A stretch of 64,000 bases of DNA from Octopus vulgaris (Eukaryota): NCBI GenBank assembly GCA_951406725.2, contig OX597833.1, positions 59,706,001 through 59,770,000 of the forward strand, written 5' to 3'. The notes under the pieces are model-generated. The model was not told the origin of the DNA and did no database searches. It saw nothing but the letters and a program-made list of their open reading frames with translations. Shown here piece by piece: positions 38,909 through 50,738 of this stretch; position 1 is the first letter of the stretch; the number at the start of each line of letters is the position of its first letter. A program made the translations under genes and the position numbers.

Positions 38909-39170
38909 CAATGGTTCTCAACCGGGGTTCATATGACCCTTGGTGGGGGGGCCCATATAAGATTTTTTGTTAAAATTATGAACAATAAATTGCTCATAAT
39001 TCTACAATATACCAAATATTAAAATTTAAAAAAAAAATAAAATTCCTAATAATATTTAATAATAGAAATATTACAGGATTTTTTGAACATCAAATGGCTA
39101 TGAAAGTCTGTTGGGGTAAAATAAAAATCAAAGGACTTCATAGATGATAAAAAATGGTTGAAAACCACTG
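38909..39170. mobile_element. hAT-type MITE
   Basis: caatggttctcaacc / ggttgaaaaccactg TIRs; 8-bp TSD gtctatgg / gtctgtgg. Confidence 0.8.
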
Positions 39171-39956
39171 GTCTGTGGTATCAACTACCCCTCCACCTCT
39201 AAAGTATATGATCCTATACCTTAAATTGGTATGTCAGTTTGTAACTAGTTGATAGAATCATGACTGTACTCTTGTGTGTGTGTTTGTTTACATTTTGTAT
39301 CTTCATATGAAATCATTTGAACAAAATTGAGCAAAATTATTGGGGCAATCCTTGTTAACAAATCTTGTCCCCTAAGCTCTTCATTTTCAAAAACAGATGT
39401 AATTTTAAAAAAATACTTTGCTAGTAATGATTAGAGACCAGAAAGTCATCTGGCTGTAAAATAATTCCTTAATAATATGTATTCATCTGACTCATGCAGG
39501 CATGGAAAAACAGACATAAAATGAATGAAAGAACTCTCTGAATGATTTCTCTTAGCTTCTTTTCTCATTGGCCATAAAGGCTTTTTGCTTTTTGTATAGC
39601 TAGTTATGTCTGGCTGGAGCTGATGTAGGACTAAGCTGGGCTGATGACACCTATTGAGACAGAAACACATACCCACTGCTTTCTTCATTTCTCTGGAAGA
39701 TCCTTTAAGCTTATGTCCCCTTCTCATTTACAGTTGGTTGCTATTGCCAATGGCTGTTTGTTTATCCCCTCTTTAAGTGAGGACACTTTCAAAATATCAA
39801 GAATTTATCTCGTATTTAGTACTTTTCTCAGACTTTGTTGCTCAAATTCACACTACTGTAGCCATCCTCAGTTATTTCTCTTAGCTCATTTTCATTTTGT
39901 GTTTATGTGTGCCATTGGCAGTTTCTTGTCCATCTTTGGACTTTTCCCCTTTCTCC

Positions 39957-39990
39957 TTTCTGACGAAGAGCTATTGCTCAAAACGTCAAA
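39957..39990 (+). ncRNA. minimal hammerhead-like motif (G12A, probably inactive); a second degenerate motif at 39637-39675
   Basis: ttt CTGACGA a gagc-tatt-gctc AAAA cg TC aaa; same family as 57081-57115. Confidence 0.5.
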
Positions 39991-41150
39991 CTCTCTCCTT
40001 TCACTGAGCATTAAGCTCATTTCTTGTGCATGTCCTTGTGTTCATTTTTTTCATTTTTTTAATTAATTTATTTGAATTGATTGTGTGTGTGTGTGTGTGG
40101 AATAGGACAAATAGAACAAGGGGAATAGGAAACAGGCAGCTGGACAACACGAGGGGTTATGACAGGTAAACAAAATCTCCAGATGGTGGACAAAATGTTA
40201 GTACAAGAATAATTAACAATAGCAGTTGTGCATAGTGTGTTGTAGGCCAAAAAAAGGAAAAAGTAGAGTGACATTTCAAGTGGACCCTTTATCAAAATAG
40301 AGTAAGAAAGAAATAAGCAAGAAGAAGAAAAACAAGAAAAGATATGATACTTGTTTAAAGTATGTGTGAACATTTCAACTACATACTGTATGTGTGTCTC
40401 TCTAGTATTGATGTATGCGTAATTGCGAGTAGTAGTGGTGGTGGTGATGTGTTTATGGCTTTGTGTGGTGGTGGTGGTGTGTGTTTAATGGTATATTAAT
40501 GTGATTGTGTGTGAGAGAGAGAGAGAGAGAGAAAAAGGGATAGCTACTCCTTTCTTCCTTTATTTCTCATTTGCCGGTTTCTATGGAAACTCTCTGCAAC
40601 AACAGCAGAATGAACATTTCTGCCACAATGTTTTGTATTTGATGCCCATATAAACTTAATAATTGTGGTGGTGGTGGTGGTGATGTGGTTTTGATAAGGG
40701 TTTGTCTCTTTGATGTTTTGATTCGACTGCAGTATGTTTCTCTAAGACAAAAGAACTAAAACGATGACGATGATGATAATCATCGTCATCATTTTAGTTC
40801 GTCGTCATCACCGTTATCGTTGTCATCACCATCATCATTATTGTTATCATCCCCAATATTCTCACCATCATCATCATTGTCTCTGTTGTGTGTGCCACTG
40901 TCCAATGATTCAAGCCCCAGTTAATTACTGGTTGGTATTATATAACCCACTATTGGATTTGAACCTTGAATTGCTCCCTTCTGGGTTGGGTCCTCTAATA
41001 CTTCACACTTTCCTTTCTTTCTCTCTTCCCTAACAATAGTGTGTTACGTTGTGATATTCATGCCTCTCTTGCTGCTATTAGGGATACTAAATGAAATGAG
41101 AAAGTTCCAGCAAGGAAATGGAACCTCACCCTTTCTCACCAAACAACAGG

Positions 41151-41730
41151 AGATCCCCCATAGTATTACTGGGATTCTGTTTTATCAACTCTGATTTACG
41201 ATGTACATGTAGTATTACTTTGGACAGACTTGCCGTTCTGATTTCCATGTTTTGCATGTGCGTGCATGTACACACATTGTACATACACCGCATGTACACA
41301 TATACACACAGATAAACCAACATGTACACATACACACACTTGTATATACATACATAGACATGTACACAAGTATATACATGAACACACACATGTATATACA
41401 TGAACACACACATGTATACATACACACACATACATGTGTACATAGACACACATGAAACGTATACATACACACATACACACAACTGAAGATCCCCCAGAGT
41501 ATTACTGGGATTCTGTTTCATCAACTCTGATTTACGATGTACATGTAGTATTACTTTGGACAGACTTGCCGTTCTGATTTCCATGTTTTGCATGTGCGTG
41601 CATGTACACACATTGTACATGCACACCGCATGTACACACATACACAGATAAACCAACATGTACACATGCACACACTTGTATATACATACATAGACCACAT
41701 GTACACATGTATACATACACACATACACAC
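41151..41730. repeat. local tandem duplication, period ~336 bp
   Basis: agatccccca.agtattactgggattctg... at 41151 and 41487. Confidence 0.9.
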
Positions 41731-42785
41731 AACAATCAAAGTTGTTAATCAGAAACGATCTCCACCATAAGCAGCCATGCTGTCTAGGTACCCCGCTCCA
41801 TCATTGAGTGACCTAAGGCACCCTGCCCCCACTCCCTCTCCATGTTGCTATCCACTGACTCATCTCCTCTCTGCAGCAGATGTGTGTGTAACCATGGTTA
41901 CCAGTGCAGACAGTGCATCACCTTTACATGCAATATTAGTAACTTCACACAGGTATACTGCACACACATACATGTACATACACATACACATCCATACGCA
42001 TACACTACACCTTACAAACACACACACATACAAACATCAACACACTGATATACACACTAATATATATTACCCCCCCAATATATACACACACACACACACA
42101 CACACTCTGATACAAACACACACTCAGATACACACACACACACTGATATACATATGCACACACACACACACTGATATACATAAGCACACACAATGATATA
42201 CATACGCACACAGATATACATAAGCACACACACACCGATATATACACACACACCGATTTACATATGCACACGCACGTGTTGATATACATACGCACATGCA
42301 CCGATATACATACGCACACACACCGATATACATACACATGTGCATACACACCGATATATATATATATGCATGCACACACACACCAACATACATATGCACA
42401 CACACACATACACATACATCAATATACACATTCACACACACATGCTCTCCGATTTACATATCCACACAGACATACTGACACACCAGCACATTAAAGGAAC
42501 ACAATGTAACAAAACCCACCATAATAGGGTGTGGTGGCACAGTAGTTGATGATGATGATGGTGATAATGATTCTGATGGTTGTGATAGTGGCAGTGGTTG
42601 GAAAGGACTCTCCTTTCTCCCAGGTAGTTGCTCATGATTCAGACTTTTGTTGATCTTTTTTTGTGTGGAACTTGATTGGTTCACAATCAATATAATTTCC
42701 CCCCGACTCCCATTACCTCCCCATCCCTTATTCTTCAGTTCCACTCCACCCCCCTTCACCCCCCCACCCCCACACCACATTTTAG

Positions 42786-42833
42786 ATGAGGTGGCACGGA
42801 AGAGGATTGACAGGTTTGGTCAGTGAAAATCAG
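42786..42833 (+). other. candidate short exon (MRWHGRGLTGLVSENQ)
   Basis: Pyrimidine-rich upstream region, tttag|ATG, 48 nt open frame, strong donor CAG|GTATGT; no homology evidence. Confidence 0.3.
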
Positions 42834-43439
42834 GTATGTTTTTTTTTTGGCTGTGAAGTCATTGTGAGTTCAATCTTGCTTTATTCCATTTGGTCTTTTT
42901 AACCCTTTGAGTGTGTAATTAAATTTCATGGTTATTCCTGTAATTGGTATTAGTTATTCATCCAAAAATAGAATTCGTATTTTCTGCTTCTGCAATACTT
43001 TTTTTTAAGTATCTCCTGACAGTGTGGCTTTCATGTCCAGTATTTGATTCTTTGCTCTGTAAAGGGATATTTAATGAAATATGCGAAAAACAAAAACAAA
43101 AATTAAGAAAATCTGAAAAATTGTTGATTGTAAAAAAGTGCCCCTGGCGTTGTCTCTGCTTCTCACAGTTTTCTTCTGTTAAAACTATTTTGAGTAAGGC
43201 ACAAGTTTGGCTGTGTGGTAAGGAGCTTGCTTCCCAACCACTTGCCTTGAGCTTCAGTCCCACTGTGTGGCACTTTGGGCAATTGTTTCCTTACTAAATC
43301 CTCAGACCAACCAAAATCTTATGAGCGGATTTGGTAGACAGAAACTGAAATACATATATGAATGAATGAATTCCAATATTTTAAATCCATGTTTGTCCCT
43401 GTTGATGGGGTTGGCTGGATCTACCTCACTCTTGAATTG

Positions 43440-44037
43440 TGTTTTTGATTCGACGGTCATTCGGAATGCTCACAGCAGCCATATTCCTACCACTCTATGG
43501 TCACGCTGGTGAGACCCATATTGGAGTACGGGATTCAAGCCTCTTCTCCTTATCTCCTCGAAGACATACATCATCTCGAAAGAGTCCAGAAGCTGGCAAC
43601 CCGCATGGTTCTTGGTCTCAAGCATTTGTCTTATGAAGAAAGGCTGAAGACACTCGACCTTTATTCTCTAGAAAAACGCCTCCGCCGTGGTGATCTCATT
43701 CTCGCTCACAACATCATAAGCGGAAAGTGTAACCTCTCGAAAGAGCTGTTCTTCACTCCTGCTCCAGAGCGTCAGCTGCGGGGTCACTCCAAAAAGCTCT
43801 ATCTGTGACGATTTCATCTCAATCGAAGGAGAGGGGCTTTCTCTGTCCAGGCTGCGGATCCGTGGAATAAGCTGCCGGACGAGATAATGAAGATGCCGAC
43901 GACCGCTCGGTTCAAGGTCTCTCTTGACCAGAAATGGCCTGAACTCTTTGCATGAACACCACCCTGTACATAACTCCATGTCTCCCTACATGGCCTTGCT
44001 TTTTGCTTTTTGAGCCCAAAAATTAACTTAACTAACT
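43440..44037 (+). mobile_element. CR1-clade LINE 3' fragment
   Basis: LVRPILEYG..SPY..DI..LERVQK.ATRMV.GLKHLSYEERLKTLDLYSLEKRLRRGDLI, LRGHSKKL, WNKLP; (taact)n tail. Confidence 0.9.
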
Positions 44038-44330
44038 GCTCTCACACCACTTTGCCTGGTTTTGGGTGTCCTCCCTCCTCAAGCCAACCCTCCCAATCTC
44101 CTCCCCCACCTGTCCCCTCCACATTTTCCTCGGTCTACCTTGCTTTCGCTGTCCATTTACCTCAAACTCTGGCACCCTCCTCAGAGCATGATCCTCATCC
44201 TTCCTCAACACATGTCCATACCACCACACCCCATTTGCTCTTGGCAGCTATTCCACCAATTCCTCCAACCTGAGCATCCCCATCAAGTCCTCAGCCCTTC
44301 TTTTATCCAAAATAGTTTCACACCACACAT
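44038..44330 (-). mobile_element. RTE LINE 3' fragment
   Basis: WYGHVLRKDEDHALRRV.EFEVNGQRKQGRPRKMW. Confidence 0.8.
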
Positions 44331-44384
44331 TTTATATATGTATATATATATATATATATCTATATATATATATATATATATATA

Positions 44385-44760
44385 TCAAGAACAATCTTAC
44401 TTAGAAATGGATGCGTGCGTTCCGTCATATAATAAATTAATAAATAAAACATATGCATATATACATACATATATGTACGTACCTACATCTACATGTATAT
44501 ATACACGCATATATGGGTACAGGACACCCAAAAAAAAACGCCGAACACAATGAGAAACGAAAACATAAACACCAAACCAAGGAATTGGACATTTTTTCTT
44601 AAACAACAAAAAAATAGAGTACAGGACAAATAACACAAGGAAAATTCCCCTTCTTTAGTCGCCTTAGTTTCATCTACTCTGCGATTTAAAGGTGAAGGTG
44701 ATACACATCTTCGATAGAAACTTTCCTTCCCGCGAAAAGCAAATTAAATAAAATTTGAGG
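44385..44760. mobile_element. microsatellite-bounded element, probably Penelope-like; second copy at 60545-60870
   Basis: The two copies share taataaataaaacatatgc..gtacgtacctacatctac..gtacaggacacc..acacaatgagaaac..ggaaaattcccc. Confidence 0.6.
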
Positions 44761-45242
44761 TGTGTTTGTGTGTGTGTGTGTGTGTGTGTATGTTTGTGTC
44801 TGTGTTTTTCCCCCCAACATCGCTTGACAACCGATGTTGATGTATTTAAGTCCCCCTAACTTAGCGGTTCAGCAAAAATGACTGATAGAATAAGTACTGG
44901 GCTAATAAAGAATAAGCCCTGGGGTCGATTTACTCGATTAAAAGGCAGTGCTCCAGCATGGCTACAGCCAAATAATTGAAATAAAAGAATAGAACAAGAA
45001 CCAAATACTCTTACTGCTGGGGAATATGAAAACCATATCTCCAGGAGATACTGAAAAATATATTGCAGAAGCAGAAAAAATATCAGTTCTATTCTTTGGT
45101 AGATAATTAATATTGTTATGGGAATGACAATGAAATGTAATTATGCACTCATTAGTTTAGCGGGGAACATGATAATGTCATTCTAGATATGCTGGATTTG
45201 AATTATAGATGTGATGGTCACAGCTGAAATGTCTTCGACGTC

Positions 45243-45632
45243 GCTTGCTTACGAACTACATGGTTCCGGGTTCAGTCCCACTGCGTGGCACCTTGGGTAA
45301 GTGTCTTCTACTATAGCCTCGGGCCGACCAAAGCCTTGTGAGTGGATTTGGTAGACGGAAACTGAAAGAAGCCTGTCGTATATATGCATATATATATATA
45401 TATATATGTGTGTGTTTGCGTGTCTGTGTTTGTCCCCCCCCCCAACATCGCTTGACAACCGATGCTGGTGTGTTTACGTCCCCGTAACTTAGCGGTTCGG
45501 CAAAAAAGAGACCGATAAAATAAGTACTAGGCTTACAAAGAATAAGTCCCGGGGTCGATTTGATCGACTAAAGGCGGTGCTCCAGCATGGCCACAGTCAA
45601 ATGACTGAAACAAGTAAAAGGGTAAAAGAGTA
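45243..45632 (+). mobile_element. SINE family B (5'-truncated)
   Basis: Family match. Confidence 0.9.
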
Positions 45633-46135
45633 AGGTATCTGCTGGACCACAGCTGACTGACCTATGGTTCTTCAAACAGCATTGGTGTGATGTTAGTAAA
45701 TCTGTCACAATATGTTCTGAAATATGAGTCAGTGAGGACTGGTTTGTTATATTGTGTTGGTTCAGCTTACAATAGTATGTTGTCTTGCAGAATGTTGACC
45801 ACTAGAATCTTAGCTAAGTGTCTTGATTAGAAGCAGTGAAGTGGTAAAAGTGTTGACACTTGTAATGCTGGAGCCATTTGTGAGTGTCCTCTCCTGCTGG
45901 GAGACGCACAGACAACTTTAACACCAAACGTTCAATTGCCTTCTGCAATTAGTAGAATGTTAGATTAGTGTGTGGGGTGGCGGGCCGGGTAGTGTCATCA
46001 GATGTGGATGGGAAATACATAACCGCACACTCACTCACTCACTCAGGTTGAGTGTAATGTGGAGTCATAATGATGTGATGTGGTGATGTGTAGTCATGAT
46101 GAGTTGTGGGTGACGGTGGTATGTAGTCACAATTG

Positions 46136-46764
46136 AGCAAGGCACAAGTTTGGCTGTGTGGTAAGAAGCTTGCTAAAGGCAGCGAGCTGGCAGAAACGTT
46201 AGCACGCCTGGCGAAATGCTTAGCGGTATTTCGTCTGCGTTACGTTGTGAGTTCAAATTCCGCCGAGGTCGACTTTGCCTTCGGGGTCGATAAATTAAGT
46301 ACCAGTTACGCACTGGGGTCGATGGAATCGACTTAATACCTATGTCTGTCCTTGTTTGTCCCCTCTGTGTTTAGCCCCTTGTGGGTAATAAAGAAATAGG
46401 TATTTTGTCTGCGTTACGTTGTGAGTTCAAATTCTGCCGAGGTCAACTTTGCCTTTCATCCTTTCGGGGTCGATAAATTAAGTACCAGTTACGCACTGAG
46501 GTCGATGTAATCGACTTAATACCTATGTCTGTCCTTGTCTGTCCCCTCTGTGTTTAGCCCCTTGTGGGTAATAAAGAAATAGGTATTTCGTCTGCGTTAC
46601 GTTGTGAGTTCAAATTCTGCCGAGGTCGACTTTGCCTTTCATCCTTTCGGGGTCGATAAATTAAGTACCAGTTACGCACTGGGATCGATGTAATCGACTT
46701 AATACCTATGTCTGTCCTTGTTTGTCCCCTCTGTGTTTAGCCCCTTGTGGGTAATAAAGAAATA
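46136..46764 (+). mobile_element. SINE A trimer with a captured 5' segment, inserted as a single unit
   Basis: 18-bp TSD ggtatgtagtcacaattg (46118-46135 / 46765-46782); 183-bp body repeated. Confidence 0.9.
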
Positions 46765-47205
46765 GGTATGTAGTCACAATTGGTTCCTACATACGATAGT
46801 TAAGAGAGATACAGGCGACTGAGGTACATGTAGTATTGGAAGAGTGTATGTGTGTGTCCACATACACACCTTTCTTTATCTTGTTTCAGTCATTAGGCTG
46901 TGGCACTGCCTCGAAGAATTTTTAGTCAAATGAATCAACCTTAGTACTTTTTTTTTTATAAAGGAAAGCCTGGTACTTATTCTATGCCTCTTGCTGAACT
47001 GCTAAGTTAAGGGGATATAAACACACCAACACCAGTTCTCAAGTGGTGGTGGTGGGGGACAAAGACACACACACACACACACACACACATACATAATGGG
47101 CTTCTTTCAGTTTCTGTCTATCAAATCCACTCATAAGGCTTTGGTCAGCCCAAGGCTATAGTAGAAGACACTTGCCCAGGGTGTCATGCAATGAGACTGA
47201 ATCTA

Positions 47206-47285
47206 CAGGGTGATTCAAAAGTCACCATACATACATACATACATACATACATATAAATTATATATATATATAGACACATATACTT

Positions 47286-47334
<49 letters not shown>

Positions 47335-47702
47335 TATATATATATACACACACACACATACGAGGTGATTCAAAAGTCACCATACATACATAGGAACAAT
47401 TTATCATTTTATAAGAACAGTTTTTTTTATTTAACAGTCTCTATATCGTTACCATTGTTTTGAATACACATTGCAATACGTTTACCCCACTCATTGTGAA
47501 CTCGTAATATCACATCTGGTGACTCATGTGCAAATTGAGTTGGTGATGTGTTCCTTCAAATGCTTTATGTCTTTTACTTTCCGTGATACACCATGCCTTT
47601 CAAATACCCACAAAGATAGAAATCAAGAGGGATCTTAAAAACTGTTTCTTATAAAAAAAAAAAAAATTTTTTCCGATGTATTGAGACTTTTGAACCACCC
47701 TG
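47206..47702 (-). mobile_element. internally deleted Tc1/mariner element inside a SINE B
   Basis: TA|cagggtgattcaaaagtc ... gacttttgaaccaccctg TIRs; minus strand PLDFYLCGYLKGMVY transposase C-terminal relic. Confidence 0.75.
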
Positions 47703-48000
47703 TGGGTGGGAATCAAACTTCTTACCCCACAGCTCTGCCTGTACCCGTTTATGTAACATTTTAAGGACATTGTCAGAAACACTCTCGGTCCTTTACCATT
47801 CAGATTTCTCTGACAAATCTAATGCTTATTGAGTCACATAATTTTGAATTAATCACACATTATCTCTCATAGGTTTGAAATTTCGCTGATGTGATTGTTT
47901 ATTTTTAGAATGAGATTGTAGGGTAGGTAGGTGTTGGAGGCCAAATCTGGTCAGTTTGAACATAAAGCAGGTAGAATATTTGAACTGGATATAGCCAGTT

Positions 48001-48644
48001 TAACCCTTTTGTTACCAACCCTGCCAAAACCGGCTTTGGCTCTGTAATACAAATGTCTTGTTTTCATAAGTTTTGAATTAAAATCTTCCACCAAACCTTA
48101 GTCACAATTTATGTTCCTAGCACTAGCTGAATGATAACTAAGTTATTTTACTAAATTCTTTGTTATATTTAACCCTTTTGTTACCAACCCGGCTGGGAAC
48201 TGGCTCTGTAGTACAAATGTCTTGTTTTCATAAGTTTTGAATTAAAACCTTCCACCAAACCTTAGTCACAATTTATGTTCATAACACAGCTGAATGATAA
48301 CTAAGTTATTTTACTAAATTATTTGTTATATTTAAAATAATTGAAAGAAACACAGAGCATCTCAACAGAAATACATTAACAAATGGGTTAAAATATATAA
48401 TAGAGACACAATTCCTAACCCTTTTGAAACCAACCCAGCTGAAACCACCTCTGGCTCTGTAGTACAAATGTTTTGTTTTCATAAGTTTTTTATTAAAATC
48501 TTCCACCAAACCTTAGTCACAATTTATGTTCATAATACTTGCTGAATGATAACTAAGTTATTTTACTAAATTCTTTGTTATATTTAAAATTAATTGAAAG
48601 AAACACAAAGCATCTCAAAATAAATACAGTAGCGAAAGGGTTAA
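48001..48644. mobile_element. piggyBac-type MITE array (three units) nested at a TTAA inside the second MITE family
   Basis: Host element resumes as atgataaagggttaa at 48645-48658. Confidence 0.8.
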
Positions 48645-48669
48645 ATGATAAAGGGTTAAGGCTTTTACT

Positions 48670-48905
48670 GTGGATGGTGAAGACTGGATGCAGATGACAG
48701 ATAATCGATCAGTTTAGAAAGAAGTGATCTACATTGGTTATAAAGCATTTGAAACGTAGAAAATCGAATGTTCCATCTTGAAACATACACTTTGTAAACA
48801 GGTCTTGACTTCAATTTCAGACACCTTTGAATAGGTTTGTAACATCTGCAGTAAGGTCTGTTTGTCCAATGTTGGACTTTCATGTCATACGAGATCTCAC
48901 AATGG
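48670..48905 (+). mobile_element. RTE-type LINE extreme 3' relic with a C2H2 zinc finger
   Basis: CNICSKVCLSNVGLSCHTRSH (C-x2-C-x12-H-x3-H) at 48838-48900, preceded by a DW.QM..NRS motif with stops. Confidence 0.6.
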
Positions 48906-49313
48906 CATTTACTAATTTAAGCCTTTTGCATTCAGATTACTCTGTCAAATGTAATATTTTTTCATTCAAATTGTTTTTAATTAATCCTGTGTTATTTTTG
49001 TAGCTTCAAAATTATGACGACATGATTGTATATTTTATAATGGCATTGTAGGGTAGGTGTGATAGGATGGATCTGACTGTTTTTAGAGCATGAGACAGGT
49101 AGCATATTTGGACCAGATATGGCTGGATTCTACTTGTTTTATGTCCAAACTGGCCGGATCTGACCTCTCACCCCACCCTACAATGTCATTCAAAAAATAT
49201 ACAATCACATCATTGAAATCTTGAAATTACAAGATGTTGCAAAGATTAATTCAAAACAATGTGAATAGAGAAGCATTACATTTAACAAAATAATCTGAAT
49301 ACTAAAGAGTTAA

Positions 49314-49484
49314 GGCGTATGAGTGGCTGTGTGGTAAGTAGCTTGTTTACGAATCTCATGGTTCTGGGTTCAGTCTCACTGTGTGGTACCTTGGGCAAGT
49401 GTCTTCTACTATAGGCTCGGGTCGACCAAAGCCTTGCGAGTGGATCTGGTAGACGGAAACTGAAAGAAGCCCGTCGCATATATG

Positions 49485-49524
<40 letters not shown>

Positions 49525-49750
49525 CGTGCGTGTATATGTTTGTGTGTCTGTGTTTGTCCCCCCCCCCCCAATATCGCTTGACAACTGATGCTGCTGTGTT
49601 TATGTCCCCGTAACTTAGCGGCTCGGCAAAAGCGATCGATAGAATAAGTACTAGGCTTACAAAGAATAAGTCCTGGGGTCGATTTGCTCGACTAAAGGTG
49701 GTGCTCCAGCATGGCCACAGTCAAATGACTGAAACAAGTAAAATAGTAAA
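49314..49750 (+). mobile_element. SINE family B
   Basis: Family match. Confidence 0.9.
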
Positions 49751-50738
49751 ATAGTTAAGAGATAGGTTTCTTCTGTAGAGAAGAGACAATTACCACACAT
49801 CTATATAGATAGACATAGATATAATTATGTTACAGCACCTTAGCTTGCTTAATTAAAGGCTAGTTTTCTAGTTATAATGCAATCAGTGCTAAATAGGGTG
49901 TGGCTATCTTCGAAGTAATTAGTATTAAAACTAACCCCAGAAGCTAATGTTTAGTATTATTTTGTGTGTCTGTTTACCACATCTACCTCTGTCAGACACA
50001 CCCTTCAAACGGGTCATATTACACAATAACTTCAGTAAAAAAAAATAAACCTTTTTAATCCACTTTAATCTGTTTGTGTATATATGTATATATGTTTGTG
50101 TATATATGTGTGTTTGTGTGTAGTCTATACATGCAAGTATAATTACAATGTATGACATATGTGCTATTTATGCAAATGCTAGTCCACTAGAAATCTATGT
50201 GTGTGTGTGTAGTGTATAGAAGGGTGTAGATAGTGTAGGGTGGTGGGGTGGACAGGTAGGGTAGAATATCATGTAATGTTTGTTTTGGCTGTTTGCATTC
50301 TGTGTTCAAATCCCACTATGGCCTATTTATTAGCAAGACTTATTCTGTACCCTAGTTTAACACCACCCTCTAGCCCTTGAGTGTTCTTAGTAGAGTCTGC
50401 TCTGTATTCAGGCCAGATTTCTAGTTTGACAATAACTCCCTCCTTTAATTTCACTAGTTTTGCGAATCTCTGCAAGGATCAGGTGTACGGCTCATCTTTC
50501 TTCTCTGAAAGAAAGAAAAGAATTTTTTCTGCCCGTCTGTGTGTCTGTCTCTCTTTCTCTCGCTCTCTATCTGTCTATCCCTCTATCTATCCATCTGTCT
50601 ATCCGTCTGCCTGTCTATCTGTCTGCCTGTCCATCCATCTGTCTATCTATCTATCCATCTATCTATCTATCCGTCCATCTGTCCATCCATCTGTCCGTCC
50701 GTCCATCTGTCTATCCATCCATCTCTCTGTCTATCCAT

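Noticed and set aside
48838-48900. C2H2 zinc finger as part of a host ZNF gene
   Set aside because: A single finger preceded by an in-frame stop and LINE-like sequence; it fits the C-terminal finger of RTE-type LINEs better.
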